A model generated the notes under the pieces. It was not told where the DNA came from, did not search any database, and saw only the letters and a program-made list of their open reading frames with translations. DNA of 63,141 bases, counting the filler, from Reticulomyxa filosa (lineage: Eukaryota > Protista > Foraminifera): assembly GCA_000512085.1 (NCBI GenBank). It is 18 parts of 18 records of this genome, joined end to end, with 100 filler letters (N's around TTAATTAATTAA, not from the genome) between each part and the next. Parts side by side here need not be neighbours in the genome. Positions count along the whole stretch, not along the records: positions 36,894 to 38,514 come from ASPP01004881.1; positions 38,615 to 41,203 come from ASPP01007627.1; positions 41,304 to 42,840 come from ASPP01011435.1; positions 42,941 to 48,668 come from ASPP01006139.1; positions 48,769 to 49,772 come from ASPP01029117.1; positions 49,873 to 51,939 come from ASPP01036004.1; 12 more parts are not named here. One strand, 5' to 3'. A program made the translations under genes and the position numbers. Within the stretch, counting starts at the first letter, position 1. Every line of letters starts with the position of its first letter. Below are positions 37,562-50,984 of this stretch, one piece after another.

Positions 37562-38447
37562 TCATCCCCACAGTCGAATAGTGTTATCATAAGAACAAGA
37601 CACAATCATGTTACCATCTGCGGAAATGTCCACCCCCGATACACGCTCCTCATGTCCTTCCAATCTATCTATTTCAGATCCCGTTTTCACATTCCATATC
37701 CGAATTGTTTTGTCTCTTGAGCACGACACAACAGTCTGGCCATATGGTGAGAATTTTACATCAAATACCCAATCTGAATGTCCATTTAATATTTTTAATT
37801 CTTTTGTGGATTTCACATCCCAAATTCTAACTGTGGTATCCCATGAGCCAGATACAATAAGCTGTCCATTTGGTGAAAACTGTGCTCTTGTTACATAGTT
37901 GGAATGTCCAATGAACGTATGTATTTTTTCCCCCGATTGTATATTCCATATGATAATAGTTTTATCATCTGAAGCTGATACAAGCATTTGATTATCTGGT
38001 GAGAATTGAACATCGTTTATCCAGTCCATATGTCCTCTAAATCTTTTAATCTCTTGGCCGGACTGCACACTCCATAGTCGTATTGTCTGATCACATGAGC
38101 TGGACACAATAGTACTTCCATTTGATGAAAATTGAACACTCGTTACGGCATGTGAATGTCCTTCCAATTTTCTTATCTTTGAAATGGAATGCACATCCCA
38201 CAATCGAATTGTTTTATCATCTGAACATGACACAATTGTATTTCCATCAGGTGAAAATTGCGCGTCATTCACATAATTTGAATGTTCAACTATCATTTGA
38301 ATTTCTTTTCCTGATCGCAGGTTCCATATCCGAACCGTTCTATCACATGACGATGATACAATTTTAGTCGCATCTGGTGAAAATTTTACACTTCTCACAT
38401 AATTTAAATGTCTTTGAAAAACTCTTATTTGCTCAAAGTATTTAGCC
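37562..38447 (-). CDS. WD40-repeat protein (7 highly similar repeats), 3' exon
   Basis: Seven repeats of the form GH...V..VQFSPDG..IVSCS.D.TIRIW. Confidence 0.95.
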
Positions 38448-38474
38448 TGTTTTTTTTTTTTTTTAAGTGTCATT

Positions 38475-38514
<40 letters not shown>

Positions 38515-38614
38515 NNNNNNNNNNNNNNNNNNNNNNNNNNNNNNNNNNNNNNNNNNNNTTAATTAATTAANNNNNNNNNNNNNNNNNNNNNNNNNNNNNN
38601 NNNNNNNNNNNNNN

Positions 38615-41203
38615 GCCTCCGTCGGTAAATGACTCTTCGTCTTTGTCATCGTCATTGGCGCCATTTTCATTTGTGCTTACATCTGTATTTGTACTTGCAT
38701 TTACATTTGCATTTGCATTTGTATTTGCACTGTCTTTGCTACGATCATTGGATTCGACGGGGTCACTTGGTTGGCTTGAAGCTCGCCTCATCACTACATC
38801 ACCGTTTTCGTCGTTCACTGTTTCATTGGATTTGTCTTTTCCATTTTCGCTATCGCTGCCATTGTCAGAGTCTCTTTGATCGTGGTGATAGATATCCCAC
38901 AGCATTTGCAGTACATATCCATGTAATGCTTTTGATCACAACACATTACCATACATATATACACATATGTATGTATATATTGTATATATACATGATAGGA
39001 AGAAAAAGAGGGAAGGAACAAAATAGCCAAACTGCATCGTCTTTGATTACTGTTATAAAAATCAATGAGACGATCCAACATACCGCAATCAGCAAAAAGG
39101 AATTTTAGAAATCTCCTTCGAAAAATCATGGACAAATGAATCAATCTTCGGAAATGGCATAAAAACATATTATTGGATTTGTGGATGAACACCATATCCA
39201 AGATCGCTTTGAGGAAGTCGTCCTTTAAATTCGACAGCACTTTTCCGCATTTGAACTGCGCGAAATCTGCGGATACCGTCAGCAACTCCAAGCAATTCAG
39301 ACGCACCTGTCCCAATGGCTTTTCGATGACTCCGTCGGCCAATCGAATGGGTCCCAGTCTGTTCTCAACAATCAAACCTCGTCCTTGCTTTAGCAAACAC
39401 AAAGCGAATCAAATATGCATAGAAATAGATAATGCTCAACGAAGCAAGAGGTTGAACGATGACTTGACAAAGACTTGGGATATAATAATGCAATCGCTTT
39501 AATGATTTCTATCATATGATGTGATGTGATGTGATGTGATGTGATGTGATGTGATTGCATTGGTATCATCCACTCAACAATAAGAAAAGCAAACAAACAG
39601 ATTCGGTTTGCACATACATTAAACATTTGATGCAAGATATTGGGAGAAGGATCGACAGGCACTCCCAAAGCTTCGGAGTAAGCTTGGGAGGGGTCGACAA
39701 TGGAGGAACGTGAGCAGACGTCCAAGAATTGCACCAAGGTTTGTCCACACGCGACGCGTTGCCAAGACGTGCGCGACTGGTCTTCATCGAGGAGCCCTTT
39801 CACCAACGAGTCGACAATGAGTTCTTCGTGGCCATGAAACAGCAAGCCAGCCTCTTCCACCGACGCGGAACGTGCAACCAAGTCAATAAAAAACGTGATA
39901 TACTTGACCGCAATTTCATCGTCGTGTCGACTCGATGACGCCACTTCCATCAGATGTTCCATTAGACGCCATTCTCGAAATGTTGTCAGTAATTTTTCCT
40001 TGTCATTTTTTTTTATTGTTTGTTTTTGTGTTTTCAAAATAAACTTGAAAAAAAAAAAAAAAAAAGTACTTTGGTCGGCTGCAATTGTATCGATCGATTG
40101 TTCGGCCTAAAGCATATCAAATCAATAAAAAAGCTATTCAAGCTCCCTTGATGCAGGCCATGGAACAGAGCATTTTTTGTTAGCACTAATCACAGTGGTA
40201 TATTTTTGATTTCGAGTGCCACACACACATACATATAAAAAAGCAATGTTTTTTGTGCCAAGGAAACAGTATATACACGTAAATATACATACAAATACAT
40301 ATACAGATGTAAACGTATATTGTTAACATTGCAAATCCTTTTCGCTAAAGAGTTTGGAAATGAAAGACTTGGGCCAGTACACAAGCAACATTTCTAAAAC
40401 GGAACGACCATGGTAAGCATTGCCTTTTGACAATGGATGAAACACGGCCAGCGAATGCAGTGTGATTTCGTAGCATTTTCTCAGCAAAAATGCCTTCACT
40501 GTCTCCGCTGCTTTTTCATTAGCAAAGATGCGCATTAACGAATACGATCTTTTTTGTATGTGTATGTGTATTTAACAAGGTATAAATGAAATTGGAACTT
40601 TGTTGTAATGATATACATACGTATACATGTATGTACATAAACAACTTACAATTTGGTTGCTTTGATTTCGGCTTCATCCTCGGATGACAAAGGCTTGCTG
40701 GTGGGGATGATCGATCCGAATTGGAGAGTTTTCTCTAAATTGGCTTGCCAAACTGTCACCGGCTCGGGCATCCTTGAAATGAATCCCATTAACATGTGCG
40801 TTACACCTGCGTGATTCCGATTCATTGACAAAACAAAAACAAAACCAATGCATAGTTCATGTGTACACATTATATGATTGCGAAACGTAACGAATGAGAA
40901 AAAGAATTGAAAGGAATGTAATTGTGTGGTTTTTTCATTGTTTGTTGTATTGTTTGCTGGTATATCTCAACATAAGATGGAAAGGGTAACTATTTTTTGA
41001 CAAATATTCAATCATTTTCCAATTGATTTGAGGATCTTTCAATTCCAAGAAAGACTCGAGTAATTGTGTTCTTTCGGCGTCCGTTCCGTCCTCATCATCA
41101 TTACCTTTACTTGAAGTTGATTTTGCAGTTGTACTTGTATTTGTCTTTGTATTTGTATTTGTACTTGCACCAGCAGTTGTATTTGCATTAGCATTAGCAT
41201 TTA
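38615..41203 (-). CDS. SIT4-associated protein / PP6 regulatory subunit (SAPS family), internal fragment, multi-exon
   Basis: PLGQVRLNCLELL and MVFIHKSNNMFLCHF match the SAPS motifs PLG..RL...EL and LFF.Y.WNNFLH. Acidic low-complexity tail. Confidence 0.7.
39518..39555. repeat. (GATGT)n pentanucleotide microsatellite in SAPS intron
   Basis: About 7 tandem GATGT units. Confidence 0.9.
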
Positions 41204-41303
41204 NNNNNNNNNNNNNNNNNNNNNNNNNNNNNNNNNNNNNNNNNNNNTTAATTAATTAANNNNNNNNNNNNNNNNNNNNNNNNNNNNNNNNNNNNNNNNN
41301 NNN

Positions 41304-41539
41304 AGCTGATCGCCGACGGCAGCATCCATGTGTACGCACCGATGCGCGGCCGCGCGCTGGCCGGTGCCCGCGGCAATACCCAGGCGCGCATCTTCGTGAA
41401 AGCGATGGAAGCCGAGCTGGTATCGATTGCCGGCGTCTACCGCACCATCGAGCAAGCGTTGCCCGACAGCATTCAGGGTAAGCCCACCCAGATTTATCTA
41501 GAAAACGAGCGCCTCGTGATGACGGCGCTTGGCGAATAA
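41304..41539 (+). CDS. minC: Septum site-determining protein MinC, C-terminal fragment (bacterial)
   Basis: LIADGSIHVYAPMRGRALAGARGNTQARIF...EAELVSIAGVY. Confidence 0.95.
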
Positions 41540-41570
41540 CACGAATCACGACGAAGCAAGGAAGACCATC

Positions 41571-42381
41571 GTGGCAAAAATCATTGTTGTTACCTCCGGC
41601 AAAGGCGGCGTAGGCAAGACCACCACCAGCGCCAGTTTCGCATCCGGCCTCGCCCTGCGCGGCCACAAGACCGCGGTGATCGACTTCGACGTTGGCCTGC
41701 GTAACCTCGACCTGATCATGGGCTGCGAACGCCGCGTGGTATACGACCTGATCAACGTGATCAACGGCGAAGCCACGCTGAACCAGACGCTGATCAAGGA
41801 CAAGCACTGCGACAACCTGTACGTGATGCCGGCGTCGCAGACCCGCGACAAGGACTCGCTGAGCGAAGAAGGCGTAGAGAAAGTACTGAAGGACATGGCC
41901 GACATGGGCTTTGAGTACATCGTGTGCGACTCGCCGGCCGGTATCGAAAAAGGCGCGCTGCTGGCGCTGCTGTTTGCCGACGAAGCCATCGTGGTCACTA
42001 ACCCGGAAGTGTCGTCGGTACGTGACTCCGACCGCATCCTGGGCATTCTGGCATCCAAGTCGCGCCGCGCCATCGAAGGCCGCGAGCCGGTAAAAGAGCA
42101 CCTGCTGATCACCCGCTACTCGCCGTCGCGCGTAGACAAGGGCGAGATGCTGTCGGTAGACGACGTGAAGGAAATCCTGCGCGTCAACCTGATCGGCGTG
42201 ATTCCGGAATCGCAAGCCATCCTGCAGGCGTCCAACTCCGGCACCCGGCCATCACCTGAAGGGCAGCGACGCCGCCGAAGCCTACGGTGACGTGGTGGGC
42301 CGTTTCCTGGGCGAAAACCGCCCGATGCGTTTCCTGGAAGCCGAAAAAGTAGGCTTCCTCAAGCGCCTGTTCGGAGGCTAA
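41571..42381 (+). CDS. minD: Septum site-determining ATPase MinD (bacterial); apparent frameshift near 42245-42255
   Basis: GTG start, deviant Walker A KGGVGKTT, DFDVGLRNLDL. Restoring two single C deletions gives ...GTPAIHLKGSDAAEAYGDVVGRFLG...GFLKRLFGG* (membrane-targeting helix). Confidence 0.97.
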
Positions 42382-42384
42382 GCC

Positions 42385-42643
42385 ATGTCCCTCATCGATA
42401 TGATCTTCGGCAAAACGCCAGAAAACGGCCTCCATTGCGCGCGAGCGCTTGCAGATCATTCTGGCGCACGAACGCAACGGCCGCAGCGCCCCCGACTACC
42501 TGCCCGCGCTGCAACGCGAGCTGATGGAAGTGATTTCCAAATACGTGTCGGTCAACCTGGACGATATCAAGGTACAGGTAGAGCGCCAGGACGATTTCGA
42601 GGTACTGGAAGTCAACATCGTCCTGCCGGAACACCAGCGCTGA
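42385..42643 (+). CDS. minE: Cell division topological specificity factor MinE (bacterial); +1 frameshift in A-run near 42412
   Basis: Removing one A gives [30 protein letters not shown]...[19 protein letters not shown]...LEVNIVLPE. Confidence 0.95.
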
Positions 42644-42647
42644 CATC

Positions 42648-42840
42648 ATGACCCTGACCGAACTGCGTTACATCGTGGCCGTGGCGCGCGAGCGCCACTT
42701 TGGCCGCGCGGCTCAAAGCTGCTTTGTCAGCCAGCCCACGCTGTCCATCGCCATCAAGAAGCTGGAAGACGAGCTGGGCGTTACCCTGTTCGAGCGTGGC
42801 GGCCAGGAAGTGAGCGTCACCGAGATCGGCGAGCGCATCA
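42648..42840 (+). CDS. oxyR: LysR-family regulator OxyR, N-terminal fragment (bacterial)
   Basis: MTLTELRYIVAVARERHFGRAAQSCFVSQPTLSIAIKKLEDELGV is the OxyR-type HTH. The minCDE-oxyR gene order is known from Neisseriales. Confidence 0.85.
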
Positions 42841-42972
42841 NNNNNNNNNNNNNNNNNNNNNNNNNNNNNNNNNNNNNNNNNNNNTTAATTAATTAANNNN
42901 NNNNNNNNNNNNNNNNNNNNNNNNNNNNNNNNNNNNNNNNATACTTATAATTTTTTTATTTTTTTTTTTTTT

Positions 42973-44936
42973 TTAGTTAGTAAAAAAAAGAAATTTTCTT
43001 AAAATGTTTGTATACGTCATAACTTTCATCTCAATTGGCTGTGCAAATTCATCCAATCGAACTTGATCTTGATGAATTTCTTCCCAATCGACTTCAATGA
43101 TGTTGTCTTCGTCAGTTTGCATTGGGGTGGCCAGCCCTTTGTTGTAGGGATGTCCTTGTCGTCCAAGTAAAATGTCGGTCGGACTGACCTTGTTGTTGTT
43201 GTTGTTGTTGTTGTTATTATTGCTGTTGCTTTTTGGAGAGCGGGCTTTTTCAATAGGCGTTTGCAGTTTAATGGATAAAGGTAGATTGTTTGCCCTTTGC
43301 TTTTTTTTAAACATCATGGTGTTATTGCTAGTGTTGGTCGATGCCTCGGCTTCGTCGTCGTCATCCGCAGCAGTAGCACTGGGCGTGGTGTTATTTGAAC
43401 TTTTGCGATGGACCTGATTGCCATTGTGTGTAGTTCGTCTTCTCGAAAATTGGAAACGACCACTCTTCTTATTCGCGCTATTGGTAGTGCGATCTAACTT
43501 GGGGGATTGCAGCTCATAGCTGTCTGGCGAGGGAGATGGAGAAGGCGAAGTCGGCGAAAATGGATTCGCTTTGGCGACAACCGAAGGGACGTGACCGACA
43601 TACCATCGGAACTCATTTTCGACAGAGTGCCACAAATGAATGGTGTAATTGTCTTTATTGGCAATGCTCTGTATCAACGCGGAGATTATGCACGAGTAGC
43701 CCTCTTTTTCGTAAGGGATGTATTGTCTGCGCAGTTTGTCTTCGACAATGTAATCGGGATAGCATTGATTCGACATGAAGTAGTTCTTACGTGCGTTCAG
43801 ATGCTGTTGCACTTCCTTTAACTTCTCCTCCATGCCCAGTACGTGCAATAGCACAAACCGCAATGACGTGCTGATTTCATCGTTACGAATTAATTGGCGA
43901 ACGTAAAATGACGACGTCACTCGTTCATTTTCTTTGTACCACAGATATTCCTCACGTCCACATACTTTCAATAGCAGCTTGGTTCGATCCAAATTTTTTT
44001 GGATTGATTTTGGCATCTTTTTTTTTTTTTCAATGATAAGATATAAAATGTATGTATATATATATACATATATATGTGTATATGCATATGTAATATAACA
44101 GAAGCAAAACTGTTTGAATGACATCATCAATAAATTGTTGTGTTGTTGTTTCGTAGTTGAATTGCACCAAAACCACTTTGAAATCGGTAACGTACTCTTC
44201 TGTCCACGTCGACTTTTCGTCATCCCATTGAGCCTCGGAATAAGCGGTACTACTCTCCCCACCACCACCACCACCACCACCACTTTGGTACGAGTTAGCG
44301 GTGGTGTTGTCAGCAGATCGCATTTCTTTTGGCAGTTTGGCCTTGATTTTGGCGGCATCGGAGGACCCAAACTCTTGTTCGCAATATCGACATTGAACGG
44401 TATATTTTTGCTGTGCGATGGAAATGGGCAGTGGCAACGACGACAACACTTGTGGGAAAAGGAGTTGCTTTGGCTTGGGCAAAAACTCACTGTGTTTGCC
44501 ATTGAATACTTGAGCTCGAAACACTTTGATGGACGAGTCGGCAAAGAACCATTGCAAATGGGCAAAGGGTATGTCCGGCACAGACATGGACGTCCGTGAC
44601 GACATCATGGCGAGGTCCGTTGTGGCCATCGCCTCATTTCGTTGAGCTTGGATGGTGGCTTGCATGTCTTCCAGTGAGAACTGCGCGTTTTCTAAAATCC
44701 AGGGATACTTTTCTTTGCCAAAGACGAACAGCAATTCACTCAGCAATTCGTTGGGTTGCAAGTACAAATTGGGGTTCACAAAGATGGCCTTGCGATTCGA
44801 GTTGTTGGCAGTGGACGTCAGATTGGACTCTGTGTTGAACAAGGTACGGACACTGGACCGTCTGCCTCGTTCCAGTTCGGATGTGGCTTGTTTTGTATCG
44901 TCATCGTTGATCGTAGTGGTATATTCATTGAATTGA

Positions 44937-44970
<34 letters not shown>

Positions 44971-47864
44971 CCTCATTATTATTATTATTATTATTATTAT
45001 TGTTGTTGTTGTTGTCGTCCTTGTCTTTTCCATTTGTTAAACCGGCGAGTGGGACGATCGTCGGCTCGCTTTCACGTCCGAGCATCACTTCCGCTTCAAT
45101 CGAGGTGATTGCACGATTGTGAGTGTTGGGATGGTGATAGTGTTCTTCGTCGACCATTGCGTTGAGTCCTTCGTGATGGTCGTCGTTGTTCTGATCGTTG
45201 TCGTCGGACTTACCAAAGCCGGAAAACAGCTTTTTGAAAAAGGATTTTTTATCTTTTTTTTGTTTTGGAAAAGATCACTGTTAGACGCCGAAGACGTGCT
45301 CGCATTTCGAGAAGCGGGCAGGTCTGGGAATTGTCCCATGTATTGTTGATAAAAGTGCTTGTCATTCATCACATCTCCATCGCTCGATCTCCTCTGAATC
45401 GCCGGAGTCACCTTGATATTCAGTCCGCTGGTCTCTTGCATCGACATGCGTGGCTCATTACCTTCTGTCGTCGACGCGACAACTGCCGAAGATGCACTCG
45501 AATATGACTGCGTACTGTACGCGCTCATTGGTGTTTCTCCGTCGATTTGATACTGCGGTAATACTGTTCCACTGCTCGATCTAGGTCGATGTCGTGTTAT
45601 CGTTGTCGCTGTCGCCGCTGTTGTTGTTGTTTGCTTCGAATATTGACTATCTGCAATGGTTGAATCTTCCGTCTTTGTCTCCACACTCTGTTCTTGTCCT
45701 TGCTCTTTGTCGTCCTTTGGAATGGAGGCTTGCGGCTTTGGGATACGTTTGATCCGAAGCTCTTGCACGTCTGCTCGTTGCAGCCCGAATTGATTTGCAT
45801 TGGAAGAAGTGTTGTTATTCCCGCTTTGCTTTGGGCGAATAATGCGCACATCTACAGATTTGGTGGTGTTACTTCGTTTATGCCTTCCGTCGGGTTCTTG
45901 TTCTCTCTTGTAATGATGACTGACTTTCATTTCGGATTGTTCTTGTCCTATTCCTCCATCTTCGTCTTGTTGTGCCGATCCCGCACTGTTGACTGACTGC
46001 TCTTCCATGGCATTGCTATCCGCACGCGATAGTCTGTCCTCCTCCGATTCGTGCGCGTTCATCTCCGGCGTGACTTCCGTGCGACTATATTCGATACCCT
46101 CACGCGCAATGCCATGTCCGATCACGCGATGTTGGGCGTTCCCTTTCTTGGAATACTCGTTGAATATCCGATCTGTCATTCTGGACGTCTGATTCTGACT
46201 GTTCCCTGTCATTCGTGCGCTGTCTATTTCAATACGTATAAACGACACGCCATTGGGGGCATCATAGTTTTTTTTTTTTTTTAATGTAATGTATTTCTTT
46301 ATTTTTTTTAAAAAAAAAAAAAAGAAAACAACCAAACTATGACTAAGCGACCCAGTGGACTTGGAAGACGATCTTGACTGCGCATAGAGCGCTTGAGGGT
46401 CGGACGACGAGGGTTGCAATGGCCCTGGAGGAGGCGGAGGAACCCATTCGCTGGAAGCGGACGTGGAGGCGTTTTTGTTTGCAGAAGAGCTGGTAGTTGT
46501 CAATGACCCCGCCGACTGGCTCATTTTGCGGCCTTGAAATAAGGATTTGGCGTTGTTGTACGTTTCAACAGAATGATCAGCGGAGACGTTTTCGGCATCG
46601 TGTTCGCTTGCACTTTCGTTGCTATCACTTGGTCGTTGTCGGTGGTCTTCTACATTCTTTGCTATCTCTTCTTCTTCTTCTTCTTCTTCTTTTACATTGC
46701 TAGTGGACGTCTTGACAGTCGCTGGGATGACCGTGGACATGGTTTTGTTCGCATTGTCATTGACTTTGCGACTGGATTTGTAGGTATACATCATTCCATT
46801 GGTATCGTCGTCGTCGTCATTGTCATTATTGTTATCATTGTTGTTATTGTCATTGTCACCATTTTTGTCATTGTCAATATTCGTTGCTTGTCGTTCATTT
46901 CGATCACCACTGTCATTACGATCTCTTTCTTCTTCTTCTTCTTTTTTGTGTATGGACCCCTTTGGTTGGTTCACTTCGGGTTCCTGTTCACACAAGAACA
47001 AAGAGCCTCCATCAAACAGAGAGAGAGGAAGGGAGGGAGAGAGGGAGGAAAAAAAAAAAAATTAATCAAAAGAAAAACACAAGAAATAACAACTGTAAAT
47101 GTATTGTGAAGCTGAGACGATGGCAACTTGTGCGAAGAGAACGACGTAATACTCATGGCATGAGCTCGAGCGTCCACTTCGGTCTTTGCCAATACTGGGT
47201 TTTGGAATGCGATCTTATTAGACGACGACTTCTTACCGGTGATATCCGTTGTCACGGTTACGATGACGCCATCCGACCCTTGCGTCAGCAAGGGGTTTTG
47301 AAACGATATCCTTTGCTTCACTGTCTTTTCCATCGCCTTCCCCGTTTGCGGATTGATGCTTTGATACACCGTTGTGCTGGACTTGGACACTGCGTTCGTG
47401 TCCATGTGCGTTTGCACTACTGTCGTCGTCGTCGTCGTTGGTCTTGACACTGACTGCAGTGGTGTCGTTGGTGTCGTTGTCGTCGTCGTCGAGGACGCAT
47501 GCGGAGATGCATTTCTATCCTCTTTCGTCACTGTCATTGTTCTACTTCGCTCTCTTGGGTTGCTCCCTCCTTCGCTCAACTGCGGCAAAGGCCTGTTTGG
47601 CAACGGCTTGCTCGGCAATGGCCTCGTCGGAAGTGTCTTTCTTGGCATTGCCTTACGTGCACCGTCTGCACTTGAATTGCTCGCTGTTGGCGTTGGTCTA
47701 TCTTGGCTTATTGATGGAGACTCCTCGTTCATTCCTGAACTTGCGTCGCGTTGAGACACGCTCTCGGAATGGATTCGCGGACTTTCACTCTTTGGATCGA
47801 TTGCTATCGAGGTTTCACTTTGTGGGACGACTGACGGAGACGATGCACGACTGCCACTGGACAT
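42973..47864 (-). CDS. Large low-complexity protein with PI3K-type Ras-binding domain; probable PI3-kinase 5' part (multi-exon)
   Basis: A long S/T/N-rich N-terminus, then VQFNYETTTQQFIDDVI...LLLKVCGREEYLW...FYVRQLIRND...LRFVLL, matching PI3K_rbd (Y.LKVCG..EYL). The kinase domain is not in the contig. Confidence 0.6.
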
Positions 47865-48383
47865 GGATATAACAAATTATACTCATGTAACTACAGTTTT
47901 TTTTTTTAAGTAGGCTTGGCCTTCATTTTAATGTCCTGCTCGAAAGCAAATTATATGCATATACATATGCATGCTTCAATGTCAATTAATTTTAATTTTT
48001 TGCGAAATTTAGTCCATTATTATCATCTTTTCAAATTTTTTGTTGAAATTATGCAAATTGTTAGAAGTCACATTCAAAAAAGATTTTTCAAAGAAAGAAA
48101 AATCATGATGCGAAATGGCTGTCATCGAAATATATTGTGCAGGATGTCGACCATTTATTTCTTGGATTGAAAAAGGTTGATTTACTTGATAAAAAAAAGA
48201 TAAGAAAATGTTAGTCGACATCCTAATGATTAGAGTATGTTGAAAAGTAATAAGCACAAACAGCATACAAAAAAACAATGAAATCTTATACATTGATTTT
48301 GGACTCAGTTTCGCTTTGTCTTTTTTTTTTTATTTGTTTGAAAAAAAAGTTTCCCAAATAATATAACCACACACAAAAGAAAC

Positions 48384-48621
48384 TCATCTGGTGATAATAG
48401 CAAGTACAAAATGTACAATTTTGTATTCCATCAAAGTGAGGCCTGACAAGGGCAAAACTGCCCACAAAAGCATAGTAACTAATATACCAATGACTGCGCC
48501 AACAACACAATCTCCAACAAAATGGCAACCAAAATAGATGCGAGACCATGCACATATTGGAATGAATGTTAAGTAAAGAGATTTATTGGTGAGCAAGTAC
48601 AAAGAACTTCCATATGCCGCC

Positions 48622-48625
<4 letters not shown>
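48384..48625 (-). CDS. PAP2 / lipid phosphate phosphatase family, 3' fragment
   Basis: C3 motif SRIYFGCHFVGD followed by TM helix CVVGAVIG. Confidence 0.8.
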
Positions 48626-48661
<36 letters not shown>

Positions 48662-49887
48662 GTTTTTTNNNNNNNNNNNNNNNNNNNNNNNNNNNNNNNN
48701 NNNNNNNNNNNNTTAATTAATTAANNNNNNNNNNNNNNNNNNNNNNNNNNNNNNNNNNNNNNNNNNNNTTTAAACTTTTTTGCCATTAGTTGAAGTGAGC
48801 TGGCCTTTTTGTTTCAAAGTTTGAAATTTTGTTATTATTGTTATTATTATTTTATCATATAGTATTGCCATTGTTAATTGCTTGGTTTATAATATTTGAA
48901 ACACGTGGTACGTAAATAAGATACGAACTAACCAATACTTTCCATTTGTTGATTTATCATTCGATTTTTAATTTAATTCTGTCTGGAAATTTGTTATTTT
49001 TGATAAACACTTTGCATAAGGTTGTTTATACTGCATCTGTTTTTTTAATGACAGAATTTTTTCGATATTTGTTTTTTTTCACTGTGTAGATTGTCCTTGG
49101 AGAACGTCGATTACAAAATGATCATTGTTTGGATCAGTACAATTGGGGTCATGACAAAGCTTGATTTTCGGATAAATTCAATCTGTTCTCTTTCTTTTTT
49201 ACTAGGAAGCTTTCTCTTTAACTATCTGAAACAATATTTTTTTTATTGTCTGAATTTTGTTATGGGGTGAGAAAGTGCAAAGCATCGTAATTCATTTTAT
49301 TATTGATTAACTTTATTACTTTATTTAATTTTGTTTGGTCGTCAATATGTTGTTGTAGATCAAATGTAAATTTTATATGAAAATATTGACCTAGTGAATA
49401 TTTTTATAGTGTACATTTGTGGGTTGATGTTTTGCCAGTAATTATTTATGACATAATTTATTATTGAATATGTTACATTTTCTGTGTCAAAGTTTTGATA
49501 TATCATTTGTATGTATGCTTGGCTAATGTTCAATATTTTTAATTGATGTATTTGGCATAATTATTTTAATATATTTAAAAAATGAAATAAATTCATTGTG
49601 TTTTTTTGTTTTTTCTTTCGTTGCTTAGCGTTGTGCGTTTACATACTCGTTGAGTTGATCCATTTGACTATTGATACTTTCCCCAATGATACTTGATCAT
49701 TAATCTATATTTGCTCAATTAAATCGTCGCGATAATTTTTATGTTCTCCGCACATACTAACTTTGGTAATTGNNNNNNNNNNNNNNNNNNNNNNNNNNNN
49801 NNNNNNNNNNNNNNNNTTAATTAATTAANNNNNNNNNNNNNNNNNNNNNNNNNNNNNNNNNNNNNNNNNNNNTTTTTTAAAAAAAGG

Positions 49888-50984
49888 TCAGGAAGGAAGT
49901 AAAGTATTAGCTCCAATAGAAACACCACGAGCAGTGAACGCAGCACCAACCAATAAACTTGAAGCCAACATAACACCAAGATACCGATACAACACATTAT
50001 CACTCCATTTGAACAAGCATTTGAACAAGAGTATTGCCGCGCAAATGCTTTGTAAGTTAAAGGTTTCCACCCCATTCACCACAATTGCCAACAGCAGTCC
50101 ATGTATTATACTTAACAAATACAATGACAATACGCTCCCTTCCCAAATTTCATTTCCCAGATTTTTGCATGTATCATTCAATACATCGATTATTCTTATA
50201 TGTGCATAATACAATACCATTACACCTTTTTTATTATTAAAAAAGTGTTTACACATGTATACATATATAAAAAAGGGGGGTCTCCTCTCGGAACTTCAAC
50301 TTTACAAATCATTTTTTTTTTTTTTTTTTTTTTTGAATTTATTGTTATTCATACCAAAGATTTCAAAATGATGAGACATGACTTCGTGGGAAAGATGAAC
50401 AAACCGATTTGAAACTGACAACTCAGCCCAGGTCCGATTTTTATTGAAAAAACGGTCCGCGGAATTCGCAACGGCATGCATACCATTACCATTCATTACT
50501 AATGCTATCCCGATCATATATGCGATTCCATCCAGAGCACCTACTTTGCTCAAAAATTTTTGCTTGCTTTCTTCCTTTGCTTGGCTCAATGCCACGTACA
50601 GCAGGCTGTATACAAATGCAAATTGCACCAGTAGATACAAGTACTCTCCAATCACGTCGCTCACTAGCAAAGTTGTAAAGCCTTCTGGCAATCCAACTAC
50701 TTGCACTGGATTTATTATCAAGGGAATCAATTTTGCCGCTTGGAAAAAGCCAATAAAGAATAATGATAAAATCAGATTCGGCATTATTTATTTGTCTTTT
50801 AATTTATGATTTTTTTTAATTTTTTTTTGAAAAATATTCTTCTGCACCCGGTCACACAACACGAGTTTGGCAACTTTTCTGAAATTGGTAAAGGAAGAAA
50901 GTCGCTTGGAAAACGAACACGTATTGTAACTTGGTCTAGCTGCGATTTAGATGACGAACTAAGTTGGGTTTTGTAAGTGTACAT
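49888..50984 (-). CDS. Polytopic membrane protein, unknown function (multi-exon, partial)
   Basis: Hydrophobic exons with conserved-looking His motifs GNGMHAVANS and HLSHEVMSHH. Confidence 0.55.

Noticed and set aside
41256-42215. Long minus-strand ORFs over the bacterial contig
   Set aside because: Antisense shadows of GC-rich minC/minD.
41304-42840. minCDE as plastid/organelle division genes or HGT into the host
   Set aside because: Separate contig with bacterial GC and codon usage, proteobacterial-type sequences, operon context with oxyR and no host flanks.
43026-47872. Numerous overlapping poly-L/I/V/S ORFs
   Set aside because: Alternative-frame or antisense translations of trinucleotide repeats in the PI3K-like gene.
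49640-49735. Possible CAP-Gly-like relic on the minus strand (INDQVSLGKVSIVKWI)
   Set aside because: Too short and degenerate; no GKNDG-type motif found.
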